Positions 1-9,403 of a DNA stretch of 64,000 bases are shown piece by piece. Source of the DNA: Candidatus Danuiimicrobium aquiferis (lineage in GTDB: Bacteria; Omnitrophota; Omnitrophia; Omnitrophales; Danuiimicrobiaceae); contig MHFR01000048.1 of assembly GCA_001804285.1 (NCBI GenBank), forward strand, positions 43,622-107,621, read 5' to 3'. The notes beneath the pieces are model-generated. The model was given only the letters and a program-made list of their open reading frames with translations, made no database searches and was not told the origin of the DNA. Each line of letters begins with the position of its first letter. Within the stretch, counting starts at the first letter, position 1. Made by a program: the position numbers and the translations under genes.

Positions 1-1
1 T

Positions 2-1252
2 GGATTTAAAGAAAAGCCGGATGAAATATTGCCGCGCATTATTCCCGATAATCTGGATGAACTCGAGTATCTCTTAGTTTCTAAAATTTACCGGATGACA
101 CTTGCCGAAACGCCGAAAATCGGCGTGATTGCGCCTGAGCGGGAAATGAGCGTTGATCCGCAAATGCAGGCGTTGATGCAGCAAATGGGCCAGGCAGTTC
201 CGCCGGCACAAAAAATTGATGAATACCGCTTGATCCCGATGGCGCTTGAATATGAGGGTTATCAAACGGAACGGATTGATTTGAAAGAAAAAAGCACCAT
301 CCCCGACGATATTCGGACCTTGGTGGTTTTGGAACCGACCGACTTAACTGATGATCAGCGGTTTCAAATTAATAAATTTCTTGTTCAGGGCGGGTCGCTC
401 TTCTTAGCGGCGCAAAATTATTTCTTTGAATATGCGCCAGCCGGGCGCGGTTCGATTCAAGTTGTTCCGCAAGCGAAAAATCCCGGCGTCGGGTCGCTCC
501 TCGAACCTTGGGGGCTTGGCATTGAAGATCAATTTCTCATGGATGAGAAGCAGGAAATTTTGAGTATTTCCAGCGGCCAGCAAATGGGCCCTTTTCAGCT
601 TTCGATTCCGCTCAAACTTCCGGTGCATGTCCGTATCGACCCGGAAGGGATGAATCATGATTTATCCATTACGTCCCGGCTTCCGTCACTTCTCTATTTG
701 TGGGGTTCGGCGCTGAAAGTGGATGCGAAAAAATTAGCGGAACTGAAGTTGACCGACAAAATTCTTTTAAGTTCAAGTAGGGATTCATGGATGGTTCCGT
801 CCCAGACGACGCCGCTTTCTCCTTTTCTGATGCGGCCGACGGCATCGTATAAAAAAGGCCCGTTCCCGCTTGCCGTGTTTGTCGAAGGGCAATTTCCGAA
901 TGCATATGCGGCAGAACGGCCGAATGAAATCTTAACGCCGAAACCGGGGAAATTGATTTTAGTGGGCGCGACCACTATGTTCCAGGAACAATTACTCAGG
1001 AAGGGCGGGCATTTGAATTTCATTTTAAATTCAATGGATGCAGTCAGCTTAGGCGAAGATTTAATGCAGATCCGTTCGAAGCAACCGATTGACCGGTCGA
1101 TTAAACGGGTTTCCGCCGCCGGTAAAGTTTGGTGGAAATTCTTTGCATCCCTTTTAATTCCGATTTTGATTACGATCATCGGAGGCATGCGCATTTTCTT
1201 AAGAAAACAAATTAAAGATAATTATTTGAAACTAGTGAGAGTTGTGTCATGA
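2..1252 (+). CDS. GldG-like ABC-type transport auxiliary component (5'-truncated by window edge)
   Basis: Frame is open from position 2. It has the GldG-type 'INKFLVQGGSLF', 'GPFPLAV' and 'NFILNSMD' segments and a C-terminal TM helix, and it precedes a DUF4340 gene as is typical. Confidence 0.75.
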   Translation, partial: GFKEKPDEILPRIIPDNLDELEYLLVSKIYRMTLAETPKIGVIAPEREMSVDPQMQALMQQMGQAVPPAQKIDEYRLIPMALEYEGYQTERIDLKEKSTIPDDIRTLVVLEPTDLTDDQRFQINKFLVQGGSLFLAAQNYFFEYAPAGRGSIQVVPQAKNPGVGSLLEPWGLGIEDQFLMDEKQEILSISSGQQMGPFQLSIPLKLPVHVRIDPEGMNHDLSITSRLPSLLYLWGSALKVDAKKLAELKLTDKILLSSSRDSWMVPSQTTPLSPFLMRPTASYKKGPFPLAVFVEGQFPNAYAAERPNEILTPKPGKLILVGATTMFQEQLLRKGGHLNFILNSMDAVSLGEDLMQIRSKQPIDRSIKRVSAAGKVWWKFFASLLIPILITIIGGMRIFLRKQIKDNYLKLVRVVS

Positions 1253-2835
1253 GCAAAAGGCAAATTTTTATTTTACTTGGGATTTTAGTTGTTTTTGGCG
1301 TTGCCATTTTTGTTAAAAAGCTTCATAAGCCTGTGGAATATCAAACTGAAGCGGGAAGCTCCCTGGTAATTCAGTTTGATGAAAATGTGGTTGACCGGAT
1401 TGTAATGAAGAAAATAAAGCAACAAGATGCGAAAGTGGAAGAAGCAAAAACCGAAGTTCCTACGGAGAAAAAAGCGGAAGTGGACACGAAAACTGGCGAC
1501 GCCGCAAAAACCGAAAAAGGAAAAGAAGCGAAGTCTGCGACTCCATCGGCGGAAAGCGAAAAACCAAAAGAAGTAGTTGAACAAGTGGAATTAATCAAAA
1601 CGGATGGGCAGTGGAAGATTCCCGGCAAATGGGATTCGAAAGCTGACGCAGAAAGGATTAAACGTTTGTTCAAGAGCCTTTCGGAGCTCAAAGGGGAAGA
1701 GCGTGGTAGCTCGGAAGATCTTTATGGTGACTTTGGCATCAAGGACGAGCAGGCGCTTCATGTCGTTCTTTATTCGGGGAGTAACGAAGCGCTGCACCTT
1801 CTGTTTGGCCAGAAAAAAGCCGGTTTTCAGGACTTTTTTGTCCGAAAGACAGGCTCAAATTCTGTTTATCTCGCGAGCGGAAGTCTTCTTTCGGATTTGG
1901 GGATCTATGGTGAAATAAAAGATGCGGAACTGAAGGCGGATTCGTGGCTTGATTTGAAATTGCTTGGACTTAAACCGGAATCGATTAAGAAAATCGAAAT
2001 TAAAGAAAAAGGAAAAGGAAAAGATTGGCGTGAAATCGGAGTGAATTTGCCGTTTGAAAAAGACGAAGCAAAAATAAAAGATTATTTTGCGCGGGTGGCC
2101 AATTTAAGAGCAACGGGCGTTGAAGATCCCGGCGGACTAAAAGAAAAGGTCTTTGGATTCGAAGCACCGGAAGTCGAAGCGAAAATTACAGACATGGAAA
2201 ATAAAACCATTACGATTACGGTTGGTGCGGCAAAAAAAGAATCATCAAGCGACAGTTATCTCCAGGTTTCCGGCACCCCTCAAGTTTATACCGCTTCCCG
2301 GTATGCACTTGAAACATTTAGTGTAAATGAGGCGACTTTAGTCAAAGCGAATCCGCTCGGCATCGATAAAGCGAACTTGGAATCACTTGTGGTTCACACA
2401 GCTTCTAAAGAATATGTGCTCTCGCCGAAAAAAGATTCCTGGCCCAAGTTAGATGAGTATATTTCAAAGCTGGCTTCGTTTAGCGTGAGCGGCACGGATG
2501 CTTCTATAGCGACAGCCGTACTTCCTGATTGGATTGAGATCAAGGCAGAAGGCGGTGAGCCTCTTAAAATTTCCTGTGAAACACTCGTCAAAGATGCAAA
2601 AGACGTGCTTTGCAAAAATGAGAAGAAAAAACTTTCGTTTAAAATCAGCGATGTTACCTATAAAGATTTGTTTGAAGATTTAACCCGCCTTGAAAAACCA
2701 AAGCCCGAGACTCCGGCGCCAACGGCGACGGAAGTCAAAAAAGAGGAAGTTCCCGCAGTAGCGGCAGCCCCGGTTGTAAAGCCGGAAGAGCCGAAAGCAG
2801 ATCAGAAAAAAGCAGAAAAAAAGAAAAAGAAATAA
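1249..2835 (+). CDS. DUF4340 domain membrane-anchored protein
   Basis: N-terminal TM anchor, repeated DUF4340-like units ('LYGDFGI', 'FGFEAP') and a Lys-rich tail. ATGA overlap with the upstream gene. Confidence 0.7.
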   Translation: MSKRQIFILLGILVVFGVAIFVKKLHKPVEYQTEAGSSLVIQFDENVVDRIVMKKIKQQDAKVEEAKTEVPTEKKAEVDTKTGDAAKTEKGKEAKSATPSAESEKPKEVVEQVELIKTDGQWKIPGKWDSKADAERIKRLFKSLSELKGEERGSSEDLYGDFGIKDEQALHVVLYSGSNEALHLLFGQKKAGFQDFFVRKTGSNSVYLASGSLLSDLGIYGEIKDAELKADSWLDLKLLGLKPESIKKIEIKEKGKGKDWREIGVNLPFEKDEAKIKDYFARVANLRATGVEDPGGLKEKVFGFEAPEVEAKITDMENKTITITVGAAKKESSSDSYLQVSGTPQVYTASRYALETFSVNEATLVKANPLGIDKANLESLVVHTASKEYVLSPKKDSWPKLDEYISKLASFSVSGTDASIATAVLPDWIEIKAEGGEPLKISCETLVKDAKDVLCKNEKKKLSFKISDVTYKDLFEDLTRLEKPKPETPAPTATEVKKEEVPAVAAAPVVKPEEPKADQKKAEKKKKK

Positions 2836-2850
2836 ATTTTCAAAATTTTT

Positions 2851-2889
2851 AAAACAGGGACAAACATTGCTTATGCTTGTCCCCGTTTT
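2851..2889. terminator. Bidirectional intrinsic terminator-like hairpin
   Basis: aaaacagggacaa...ttgtccccgtttt lies between convergent genes. Confidence 0.55.
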
Positions 2890-2890
2890 A

Positions 2891-4108
2891 TTAGGAAATA
2901 TATTCCCGGATAAGTTTCTGGTGAGGGACCGGAAACGAGAGGAGAACTAAGGTTTTTTGATCGACCCAGCGGGCAGATTGAAGGTTCTTTGCTTTTTCCC
3001 TCACCCTCTCCCTTAGGGAGAGGGTGAGGGGTAAATCCATTCTCCTATATTCCCGCTTTTCCGCCCAACAGGACGGCGGATTCGCCAGTTCTCGCCAAAC
3101 AGCGCAGCGAGTCCGACGCGTATTTTGGTGGATGTTAGGTGGACGCGGGGATGACATATGAACCACAACCGGCTCAATCCATAATGTTCGGTGAGTTAAT
3201 TGATGACGAAGTACTGGCAGTTTCTTTTCGATTTCAACTTGCATTCCGTAAGCCAATTTAAATTCCTGTTGAATCGCGTCTTCGGCTGACTCACCTTTTT
3301 GCCGGATGACACTCGGAAGTTCCCACAATCCGCCCCAAATGCCGTGGTTTGGTCGCTTGCGGACGAGGAGTCGTCCGCCGTTTTGAAGAATCGCCGCCGC
3401 CATTTTTATTTCTTTAATTGCCACATTTCGAGATTTTACCGGGACGTTTAATTCTTTCCCGCATTGATAGGCTTTGCACAATTGACGGACGGGACAAATG
3501 GCGCACCGGGGATTTTCCGGGACACAAATGATAGCGCCTAACTCCATTAACGCCTGGTTGAAATCCCCCGGTTTTTTTTGAGGAACGATTTTTTCGGCAA
3601 TGGTAAACATTATTTTAATGGTGTCAGGTTTTGAAATATCTTTTCGAATATAAAAAATTCTTGAAAAGACACGCGCTACGTTTCCGTCAACCAGGGGCAC
3701 GGGTTTTTGAAATGCGATGCTTGCGATTGCGCCGGCTGTGTACCGGCCGATTCCGGGTAGTTGCCGAAGTAATGCGGGATCGGATGGAATATGGCCGCCA
3801 AATTGATTCACAATCATTTTCGCGGCCTTGTGGAGATTCCGGGCTCGCGAATAATAGCCAAGCCCCTCCCAGAGTTTTAATACACGGTCAACCGGCGCGC
3901 GGGCGAGTACCCGGATATTTGAAAACGCTTTCAGCCAGCGGTCGTAGTAGGGAAGGACCGTTTTGATTTGAGTTTGCTGGAGCATGATTTCAACGACAAA
4001 GATGCGGTACGGGTCGACGTTCGGAATCCGCCACGGCAGCCGGCGCTTATTTTTTCCGAACCAGCGTAAAAGCTTAAATTGAAATGACTTATAATTAAAG
4101 CGTTTCAT
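2891..4108 (-). CDS. mutY: A/G-specific adenine glycosylase MutY
   Basis: EIMLQQTQ, WEGLGYYSRARNL, HhH LPGIGRYTAGAI, VDGNVARV, 4Fe-4S motif CxxxxxxCxxCxxxxxC and a C-terminal NUDIX-like domain. Start placed at MKRF. Confidence 0.95.
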   Translation of the reverse strand: MKRFNYKSFQFKLLRWFGKNKRRLPWRIPNVDPYRIFVVEIMLQQTQIKTVLPYYDRWLKAFSNIRVLARAPVDRVLKLWEGLGYYSRARNLHKAAKMIVNQFGGHIPSDPALLRQLPGIGRYTAGAIASIAFQKPVPLVDGNVARVFSRIFYIRKDISKPDTIKIMFTIAEKIVPQKKPGDFNQALMELGAIICVPENPRCAICPVRQLCKAYQCGKELNVPVKSRNVAIKEIKMAAAILQNGGRLLVRKRPNHGIWGGLWELPSVIRQKGESAEDAIQQEFKLAYGMQVEIEKKLPVLRHQLTHRTLWIEPVVVHMSSPRPPNIHQNTRRTRCAVWRELANPPSCWAEKREYRRMDLPLTLSLRERVREKAKNLQSARWVDQKTLVLLSFPVPHQKLIREYIS

Positions 4109-4230
4109 GTGTCCGAGTTTAACATGTCCGATATTATAATTGATAGAGCAATTGACCTTCGATTCTTGGGCCATTATAATCAAACCATTAGAATCATTCA
4201 GCTCAATTTATAAAAAATCGGAGAAAAAGA

Positions 4231-4788
4231 ATGGCAAAATTAGATGAACTGAAAGCCCAACTCTTACCCTTTGTTAAACAGCATGCACATATTAAACTTT
4301 CCCAGCCGATTCAATTAGCTTCGGGGAAAATGAGCAATACCTATTTTGACGGGCGACAGGTCACTTTACATCCGGAAGGGATGTCTTTATTCGCCCGTTC
4401 GATTCTCGAAGTCGCATTGCTCAGCGAAATTCACGCGGTCGGGGGTCCGTCTATCGGCGCGGATCCGATTGCGACGGCGGTATCACTTTTCGCCTGGCTT
4501 GACCGGAAGATTACGCTTCCCGCATTCTTAGTCCGGAAAGAACCGAAAAAGCACGGACTTCAGCGACAAATCGAGGGGCCCGAATTAAAACCGGGAATGA
4601 GGGTGTTGGTGGTTGAAGATGTCATCACGTCCGGCAAGTCGGTTTTACAGGCGATTTCAGCGATTGAAACACTTGGGGCCATAGTGGCGCAGGTGGTGTG
4701 TCTTGTGGACCGGAATGAAGGCGGCCGGGAAGCGCTTTCCAAATATGTGTATCAGCCGATTTTTACGAGAGATGAGGTTGAGAAATAA
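4231..4788 (+). CDS. pyrE: Orotate phosphoribosyltransferase
   Basis: LASGKMS, RKEPKKHG and the PRPP-binding motif VVEDVITSGKS. Confidence 0.92.
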   Translation: MAKLDELKAQLLPFVKQHAHIKLSQPIQLASGKMSNTYFDGRQVTLHPEGMSLFARSILEVALLSEIHAVGGPSIGADPIATAVSLFAWLDRKITLPAFLVRKEPKKHGLQRQIEGPELKPGMRVLVVEDVITSGKSVLQAISAIETLGAIVAQVVCLVDRNEGGREALSKYVYQPIFTRDEVEK

Positions 4789-4893
4789 TATGTATTTTCA
4801 AGCAAAACAAAATACCCGGGGCTCAGCACGGACTTTCATTGAAAACAATCAAATGTTTTCTTATCGGCAGTCAGTGCAGCCCTTGAGCTTTCC

Positions 4894-5334
4894 ATGAATC
4901 TCTTTAATGGAGCTCAATGGGCAGACAGCGGCTGTCGCCGAACTCGCCGCGGGTATTTTGTTCTGCTTGCTGCATCTACAATTTTGTGTTTAATGATTAA
5001 TTATCCGATTTCTGCTGCTTCGGAGATTACGAAAAAAGTGGATGGGCGGGTAATCCGTGTGAATGCGCCTGCGAATATGTTTGCAATTGAATATGAACAT
5101 CCGGCGACAGGCGAGCATATTGAACAGGAATTTTTGATCGATGAGCACACACGCCTTAAGAACGTAAAGAGCCTGGAAAAATTAAAAAAAGCCGCCATCA
5201 TCACTGTCGACTATCGTGTGGTTGACGGGAAGGCGAAAGCGTTTTATGTCGATCTTGTGCTGACCCAAGTTCAGTATGTGAAGCCCGAAGAATTGGCTGC
5301 CTTGATTCTTAAAATAAAACCGGAAAAAAAGTAA
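4894..5334 (+). CDS. Hypothetical exported small beta-rich protein
   Basis: Hydrophobic signal-like segment followed by an OB-fold-like 'VDGRVIRVN' stretch. Start uncertain. Confidence 0.55.
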   Translation: MNLFNGAQWADSGCRRTRRGYFVLLAASTILCLMINYPISAASEITKKVDGRVIRVNAPANMFAIEYEHPATGEHIEQEFLIDEHTRLKNVKSLEKLKKAAIITVDYRVVDGKAKAFYVDLVLTQVQYVKPEELAALILKIKPEKK

Positions 5335-5383
5335 AAATTTTCAATTCAGACAGAATCGATTAAAATTTGGCGAAATCAATCAT

Positions 5384-6469
5384 ATGAAAAGGAGTAGAGT
5401 CGCTTTAAGTATGTTGCTGATGAGTTTGACTTTCGCTTCATGGGGTTGGACCGAGTTTCCCCCTGTGAGTCATCGCAGGGAATCGCTTCTTCAGGATGCT
5501 CTCGAGCATCGGGGAAAAGGTGAGTATGATTTAGCGATTGAGAACTATCAAAAATTGAGCAAAGAAAATCCCAACGATGCAAAACTGATACGCGAGCTTG
5601 GGGTTCTTTATTTTGAAACAAATAACTATCAGGAAGCGTTAAATTCGTTCGGAAGAAGCCTCGAATTGAATCCCAACGATGCCGAAACGGAATATAATTT
5701 GGGACAAACGTATTTGGGAATGAATGATTTATCGCGTGCGCGTTCGCATTTTGAACGGGCCTGTGAATTAAAACCCGAACATTTGGGAGCGACCTACGGA
5801 CTTGGTTTGGTATTGGATGCGACGGGCGATCCGGCTGCTGCGCAAATGTTCCGGAAGGTGATTGCGAAGGATCCGCAAATGGCAGACGCGCATTTTCATT
5901 TGGGATCGATTTATTACGGGACGAATAGATATCTTGAGGCGGAAAATGAGTTTCAACAAGCCGTCACACTTCAGCCGGCAAATATATCCGCATATTACAA
6001 TCTTGGTCTTGCCCGGATTCAACAGGAAAAATGGGAATCCGCGCGTGAAGCGTTCAAACAAATGCTCGAAGATTCGGCCATGAGGCCAAAAGCGTTATAT
6101 CAAATTGCATTTTCTTATGAAGCTCAAGGGTTTAATGAAGAAGCGGCTCAATATTACGAGGAAGTGATTCTGCTGGATCCATCGGATTTGGATGCGCAGG
6201 AACATTTGCAGGCGCTTCGGGAACATCGTTCTCTTCCGCGGGATGCCGTGAATGAAGAATCAGCGGATTTTTCTGATGGCTGGCAGGGCGGAGCGCCAAA
6301 CCAACGCACCTATGATGCAATGTTTCCAGATCCTTCCTATGAAGCGGGTTACGGGCAACAGGAATCCGGAATGGGTGGGATTAACGATGCCAAAGGGGCG
6401 CTGCTTCAGTCCGGAATTTCGATGTTGACACAAATGTTAAGTTCAAAAATGGGAAGCAAGGATGAATAG
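5384..6469 (+). CDS. Exported tetratricopeptide repeat protein
   Basis: Signal peptide and multiple TPR units (LELNPNDAETEYNLG, AHFHLG, AYYNLG). Confidence 0.85.
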   Translation: MKRSRVALSMLLMSLTFASWGWTEFPPVSHRRESLLQDALEHRGKGEYDLAIENYQKLSKENPNDAKLIRELGVLYFETNNYQEALNSFGRSLELNPNDAETEYNLGQTYLGMNDLSRARSHFERACELKPEHLGATYGLGLVLDATGDPAAAQMFRKVIAKDPQMADAHFHLGSIYYGTNRYLEAENEFQQAVTLQPANISAYYNLGLARIQQEKWESAREAFKQMLEDSAMRPKALYQIAFSYEAQGFNEEAAQYYEEVILLDPSDLDAQEHLQALREHRSLPRDAVNEESADFSDGWQGGAPNQRTYDAMFPDPSYEAGYGQQESGMGGINDAKGALLQSGISMLTQMLSSKMGSKDE

Positions 6470-6493
6470 AATGCAAGCGAACAGGAACACAAT

Positions 6494-7192
6494 ATGACCA
6501 TTAAAACCATCTTCTTCGATGCCGGTGGAACACTTTTTAAACCGTATCCGTCTGTCGGCGGGCTTTATGCGAAAATGGCTGCACCTTTCGGAAAAGAATT
6601 TGATCCTGATATCTTGGAAAAAAAGTTTCAAGCTGCCTGGCAAAAACGCGGAGGCCTGGCGTCTCTCGGATCGGAAACAAGCGAGGAAAAAGAACGCCAT
6701 TGGTGGGTGACGCTCGTGGAAGAAGTGTTTGAGCCGTTTGGCGGGATGCCGCATTTCGAGCAGTTTTTTGAAAAGCTCTATCAGGCGTTTGAAGAAAAAG
6801 AGTCGTGGGAAATTTTTCCAGAAGTGCTTGAGACGTTAAAAGAACTTCGTTCGAAAAAGTTGACACTTGGTATTGTTTCAAATTGGGATTTAAGGCTTCA
6901 CAAGGTGCTTAAGAGTTTGGATTTAATACAGTATTTTGATTTTATTGTCGGTTCAAGCTATGTCGGCGCGACCAAACCCCACCGGAAAATATTCGAGGAG
7001 GCGCTTTCAAAATCCGCAAGCAAACCGCATGAAGTGATTCATGTCGGAGACAGTTATCCGGAAGATATTATGGGCGCCGAGCCCCTTGGTATTCGGGCTT
7101 ATCTGATTGAACGGAACGGATCGGCCCTCAAAAATCCGGAAGTCAGAACAATCCGCTCGCTCAAAGAACTTTGTAAGCTGATTGAAGAATAG
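6494..7192 (+). CDS. HAD-IA hydrolase (REG-2/HDHD3-like)
   Basis: FFDAGGTL, VSNWD, KPHRKIF and HVGDS motifs. Confidence 0.9.
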   Translation: MTIKTIFFDAGGTLFKPYPSVGGLYAKMAAPFGKEFDPDILEKKFQAAWQKRGGLASLGSETSEEKERHWWVTLVEEVFEPFGGMPHFEQFFEKLYQAFEEKESWEIFPEVLETLKELRSKKLTLGIVSNWDLRLHKVLKSLDLIQYFDFIVGSSYVGATKPHRKIFEEALSKSASKPHEVIHVGDSYPEDIMGAEPLGIRAYLIERNGSALKNPEVRTIRSLKELCKLIEE

Positions 7193-7256
7193 CGAACCAC
7201 CCAAATAATCATTTAGCCGATTCCCGATTTCCCCCCGAATGTTCCTTTTTTGATAT

Positions 7257-7338
7257 TGTCATCTCCGTGGAAACGGGGATCTATCAGAATCTAAAAACTG
7301 CACGGATAGATTCCCGCCTAAAGCTTGCGGGAATGACA
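7257..7338. repeat. Family-A REP-like palindromic element (TGTCAT...GGGAATGACA)
   Basis: Terminal tgtcat/atgaca inverted ends with internal attcccgc...gcgggaat hairpins. Related copies occur across the window. Confidence 0.75.
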
Positions 7339-7341
7339 CTA

Positions 7342-7381
7342 AGAAAAGGGGACACTCACGAATGTGGATGCCCTCTTTTTT
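7342..7381 (+). terminator. Intrinsic terminator-like hairpin
   Basis: aaaaggggacac...gatgccctc followed by a T tract. Confidence 0.55.
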
Positions 7382-7383
7382 GT

Positions 7384-7425
7384 GTGCGCCCGGCAGGGCG
7401 ATATGGTGAAAAATCTTGCTACGAA
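7384..7425 (+). mobile_element. 5' remnant of a group IIC intron
   Basis: GTGCGCCCGGCAGGGCG..GGTGAAA directly follows a terminator T tract, matching the 5' end and target preference of class C group II introns. No RT gene follows. Confidence 0.55.
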
Positions 7426-7429
7426 AAAG

Positions 7430-7471
7430 ATCCGATCGCTCAAAGAATTATGCAAGTTGATTGAGGATTAA
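7430..7471 (+). repeat. Diverged duplicate of the HAD gene 3' end (copy of 7151-7192)
   Basis: Encodes IRSLKELCKLIED* versus IRSLKELCKLIEE* in the gene. Confidence 0.85.
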
Positions 7472-7496
7472 TGTGATGCTGTTCCGCTCGTGACAA

Positions 7497-8294
7497 TTAC
7501 TCTACAATGCTTTCGCCGCCGTCGATTCGGATCGTGTTTCCAGTCATCCAGCCTGTTTCTTCGCGGGAAAAAAGCGAGATAACTTTTGCAATATCTTCCG
7601 GAACGGTAGACCTTCCGCCCGGGTTTTTCCGAAGGGAGATTTCAAGCATTTTTTCATAACCGGGAATTTTTCGAAGCGCCGGTGTGTCCGTAACGCCGGC
7701 AAGAATGGCATTGGCCGTAATTCCGAGAGGCGCAAGTTCAAGCGCAAGCTGGCGGATATGGGATTCAAGAGCGGCTTTTGCGGCCGATACGGCTCCGTAA
7801 CTTTTCCAAACCCGGCTGCTTCCGGCACTCGTCATCGCGAAAATCCGCCCGCCTTTCGACATTAACTTTTTCGCAACTAATTTTTGCACCCAATAAACAA
7901 GACTATTTGCCATCACGTCGATCGTGGTATCCATTCTTCCTTTTGGCATTTCCTCCGCCGGATTTTCAGAAATGAAAGGTTTTAGAGATCCAAACGCAAG
8001 GGAATGCAATAAGACTTGGATGGTTGAACCGGGTATTGCTTCAAACTTTTTTTCGATGGCGGTTACGATTTCAACCATGTTGGATTCTTCGGCAGCGTTG
8101 CAATTGAAGAAAACCGCTTCGACATTTTGGCTTTGAATTTGGCGGATCACTTCTTCGGCATGCGCAATGGTTGCTTTGAGATCGAGGTGAACGCCAAAGA
8201 TATTCATACCGTCTTTGGCAAGCTGAATGGCTGTGGCTGCGCCAAATCCGCTGGATGCTCCGAGAATCAGTGCCCAACGATTTATTTTTTCCAT
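7497..8294 (-). CDS. Enoyl-ACP reductase-like SDR (FabL/FabI-like)
   Basis: GASSGFG, YGAVSAAKAALES, GVTDTPAL and IRIDGG. Confidence 0.8.
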   Translation of the reverse strand: MEKINRWALILGASSGFGAATAIQLAKDGMNIFGVHLDLKATIAHAEEVIRQIQSQNVEAVFFNCNAAEESNMVEIVTAIEKKFEAIPGSTIQVLLHSLAFGSLKPFISENPAEEMPKGRMDTTIDVMANSLVYWVQKLVAKKLMSKGGRIFAMTSAGSSRVWKSYGAVSAAKAALESHIRQLALELAPLGITANAILAGVTDTPALRKIPGYEKMLEISLRKNPGGRSTVPEDIAKVISLFSREETGWMTGNTIRIDGGESIVE

Positions 8295-8320
8295 AGTGGT
8301 TATTTAAAATTATTGGGTTT

Positions 8321-9355
8321 TTATTTTTTTGTGAGTAATTCGGTTACTTTTGTCATGACTTGAAACGCATCGGCTACATAAAGAACATCTGCTTTCCCTT
8401 GCGCCCATCCGCAATTTGGATCCAAATTGACTGCGCGACGTTCATTGATAAACCGCCAGCCGACCGTATGAGGTTCTTCTCCGTGACAACACGCGGCCAA
8501 CCCTTTCGGATGGCGCGGTGTCGAACCGGTTTGCCCCACTTGGTTCAGATGGCTTAAAAACGGCAACACTTCTTCGCCTTCGCTTCCCTGATCGACAAGC
8601 GATTTACTGCTTCCGAGGGAAGCGTTTGAAGAATTCAGAAAATCAAGAATGATCCGTTCAGCGTCTTTGATATGGATTTGGCCGTCGGCTTGTTTTTTTG
8701 TCCAACCGGCGCCTGCCACAAAAAGAAGAGCGGCGTCGGGCCGAATGGTTTGCGCGGTTGTTTGCGGTGCTTGAAGGCCGACTACTTTTGTTTTCTTTTT
8801 CGACTCGTCAAGCTTCATATCAATTTTTTGAAGTGTGGCAGAACCCGTTTGTGCCTGAAAAGCCGGGTAAATTCCGGAATCGACGAGAAGCAGCCAAGGC
8901 CGTTGTGTACGGCTCATCGAAGCAACCATGCGCTGACGGTAATACCAGCGCTGAATTTCTAATTTTCCGCTTCCCGTTTCAAATCCGCTCACGTGCGTAT
9001 CAATGAGGCCTTTTAACCGGTAAGCGACGCCTGGCATTGCCCGGCAAAAGCGGGAAGTGGAGGATGCGAGAACAATCGTTGCGTTTGCGGTGCGGATTAA
9101 AATTTCAAGGGCGGCAACGTCGCTTGCGTAACGGGAGCTGCCAAAATCCGCGCCCTCAACGGCATAGAATTTTGAAGCGCCGCAATTTGAAACAGCGTTT
9201 ACGGCTGATTGGACATTTTCGCCGATGAGGCCCGCGACAAATGTTGCGCCGGCAAGTTTTTTCGCGAGGTCAGAAGCCGCGGTTAATGTTTCCATGCTTG
9301 CTTTTGATAGACTGCCGTTTGATTCTGTATGTGCTATATAAAGGATTGTTTCCAT
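8321..9355 (-). CDS. etfA: Electron transfer flavoprotein alpha subunit
   Basis: QVGQTG, AVNLDPNC and ADVLYVADA FAD-binding region. Adjacent to etfB. Confidence 0.85.
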   Translation of the reverse strand: METILYIAHTESNGSLSKASMETLTAASDLAKKLAGATFVAGLIGENVQSAVNAVSNCGASKFYAVEGADFGSSRYASDVAALEILIRTANATIVLASSTSRFCRAMPGVAYRLKGLIDTHVSGFETGSGKLEIQRWYYRQRMVASMSRTQRPWLLLVDSGIYPAFQAQTGSATLQKIDMKLDESKKKTKVVGLQAPQTTAQTIRPDAALLFVAGAGWTKKQADGQIHIKDAERIILDFLNSSNASLGSSKSLVDQGSEGEEVLPFLSHLNQVGQTGSTPRHPKGLAACCHGEEPHTVGWRFINERRAVNLDPNCGWAQGKADVLYVADAFQVMTKVTELLTKK

Positions 9356-9403
9356 AATCTGCTTTCACGTTATGGTACCGGAGTTCCGGGTACCGAGGTT
9401 CTT

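Noticed and set aside
7151-7471. Duplicated gene ends as DGR template/variable repeats
   Set aside because: Mismatches are not confined to adenines, the repeats are short, and no reverse transcriptase is in the window.
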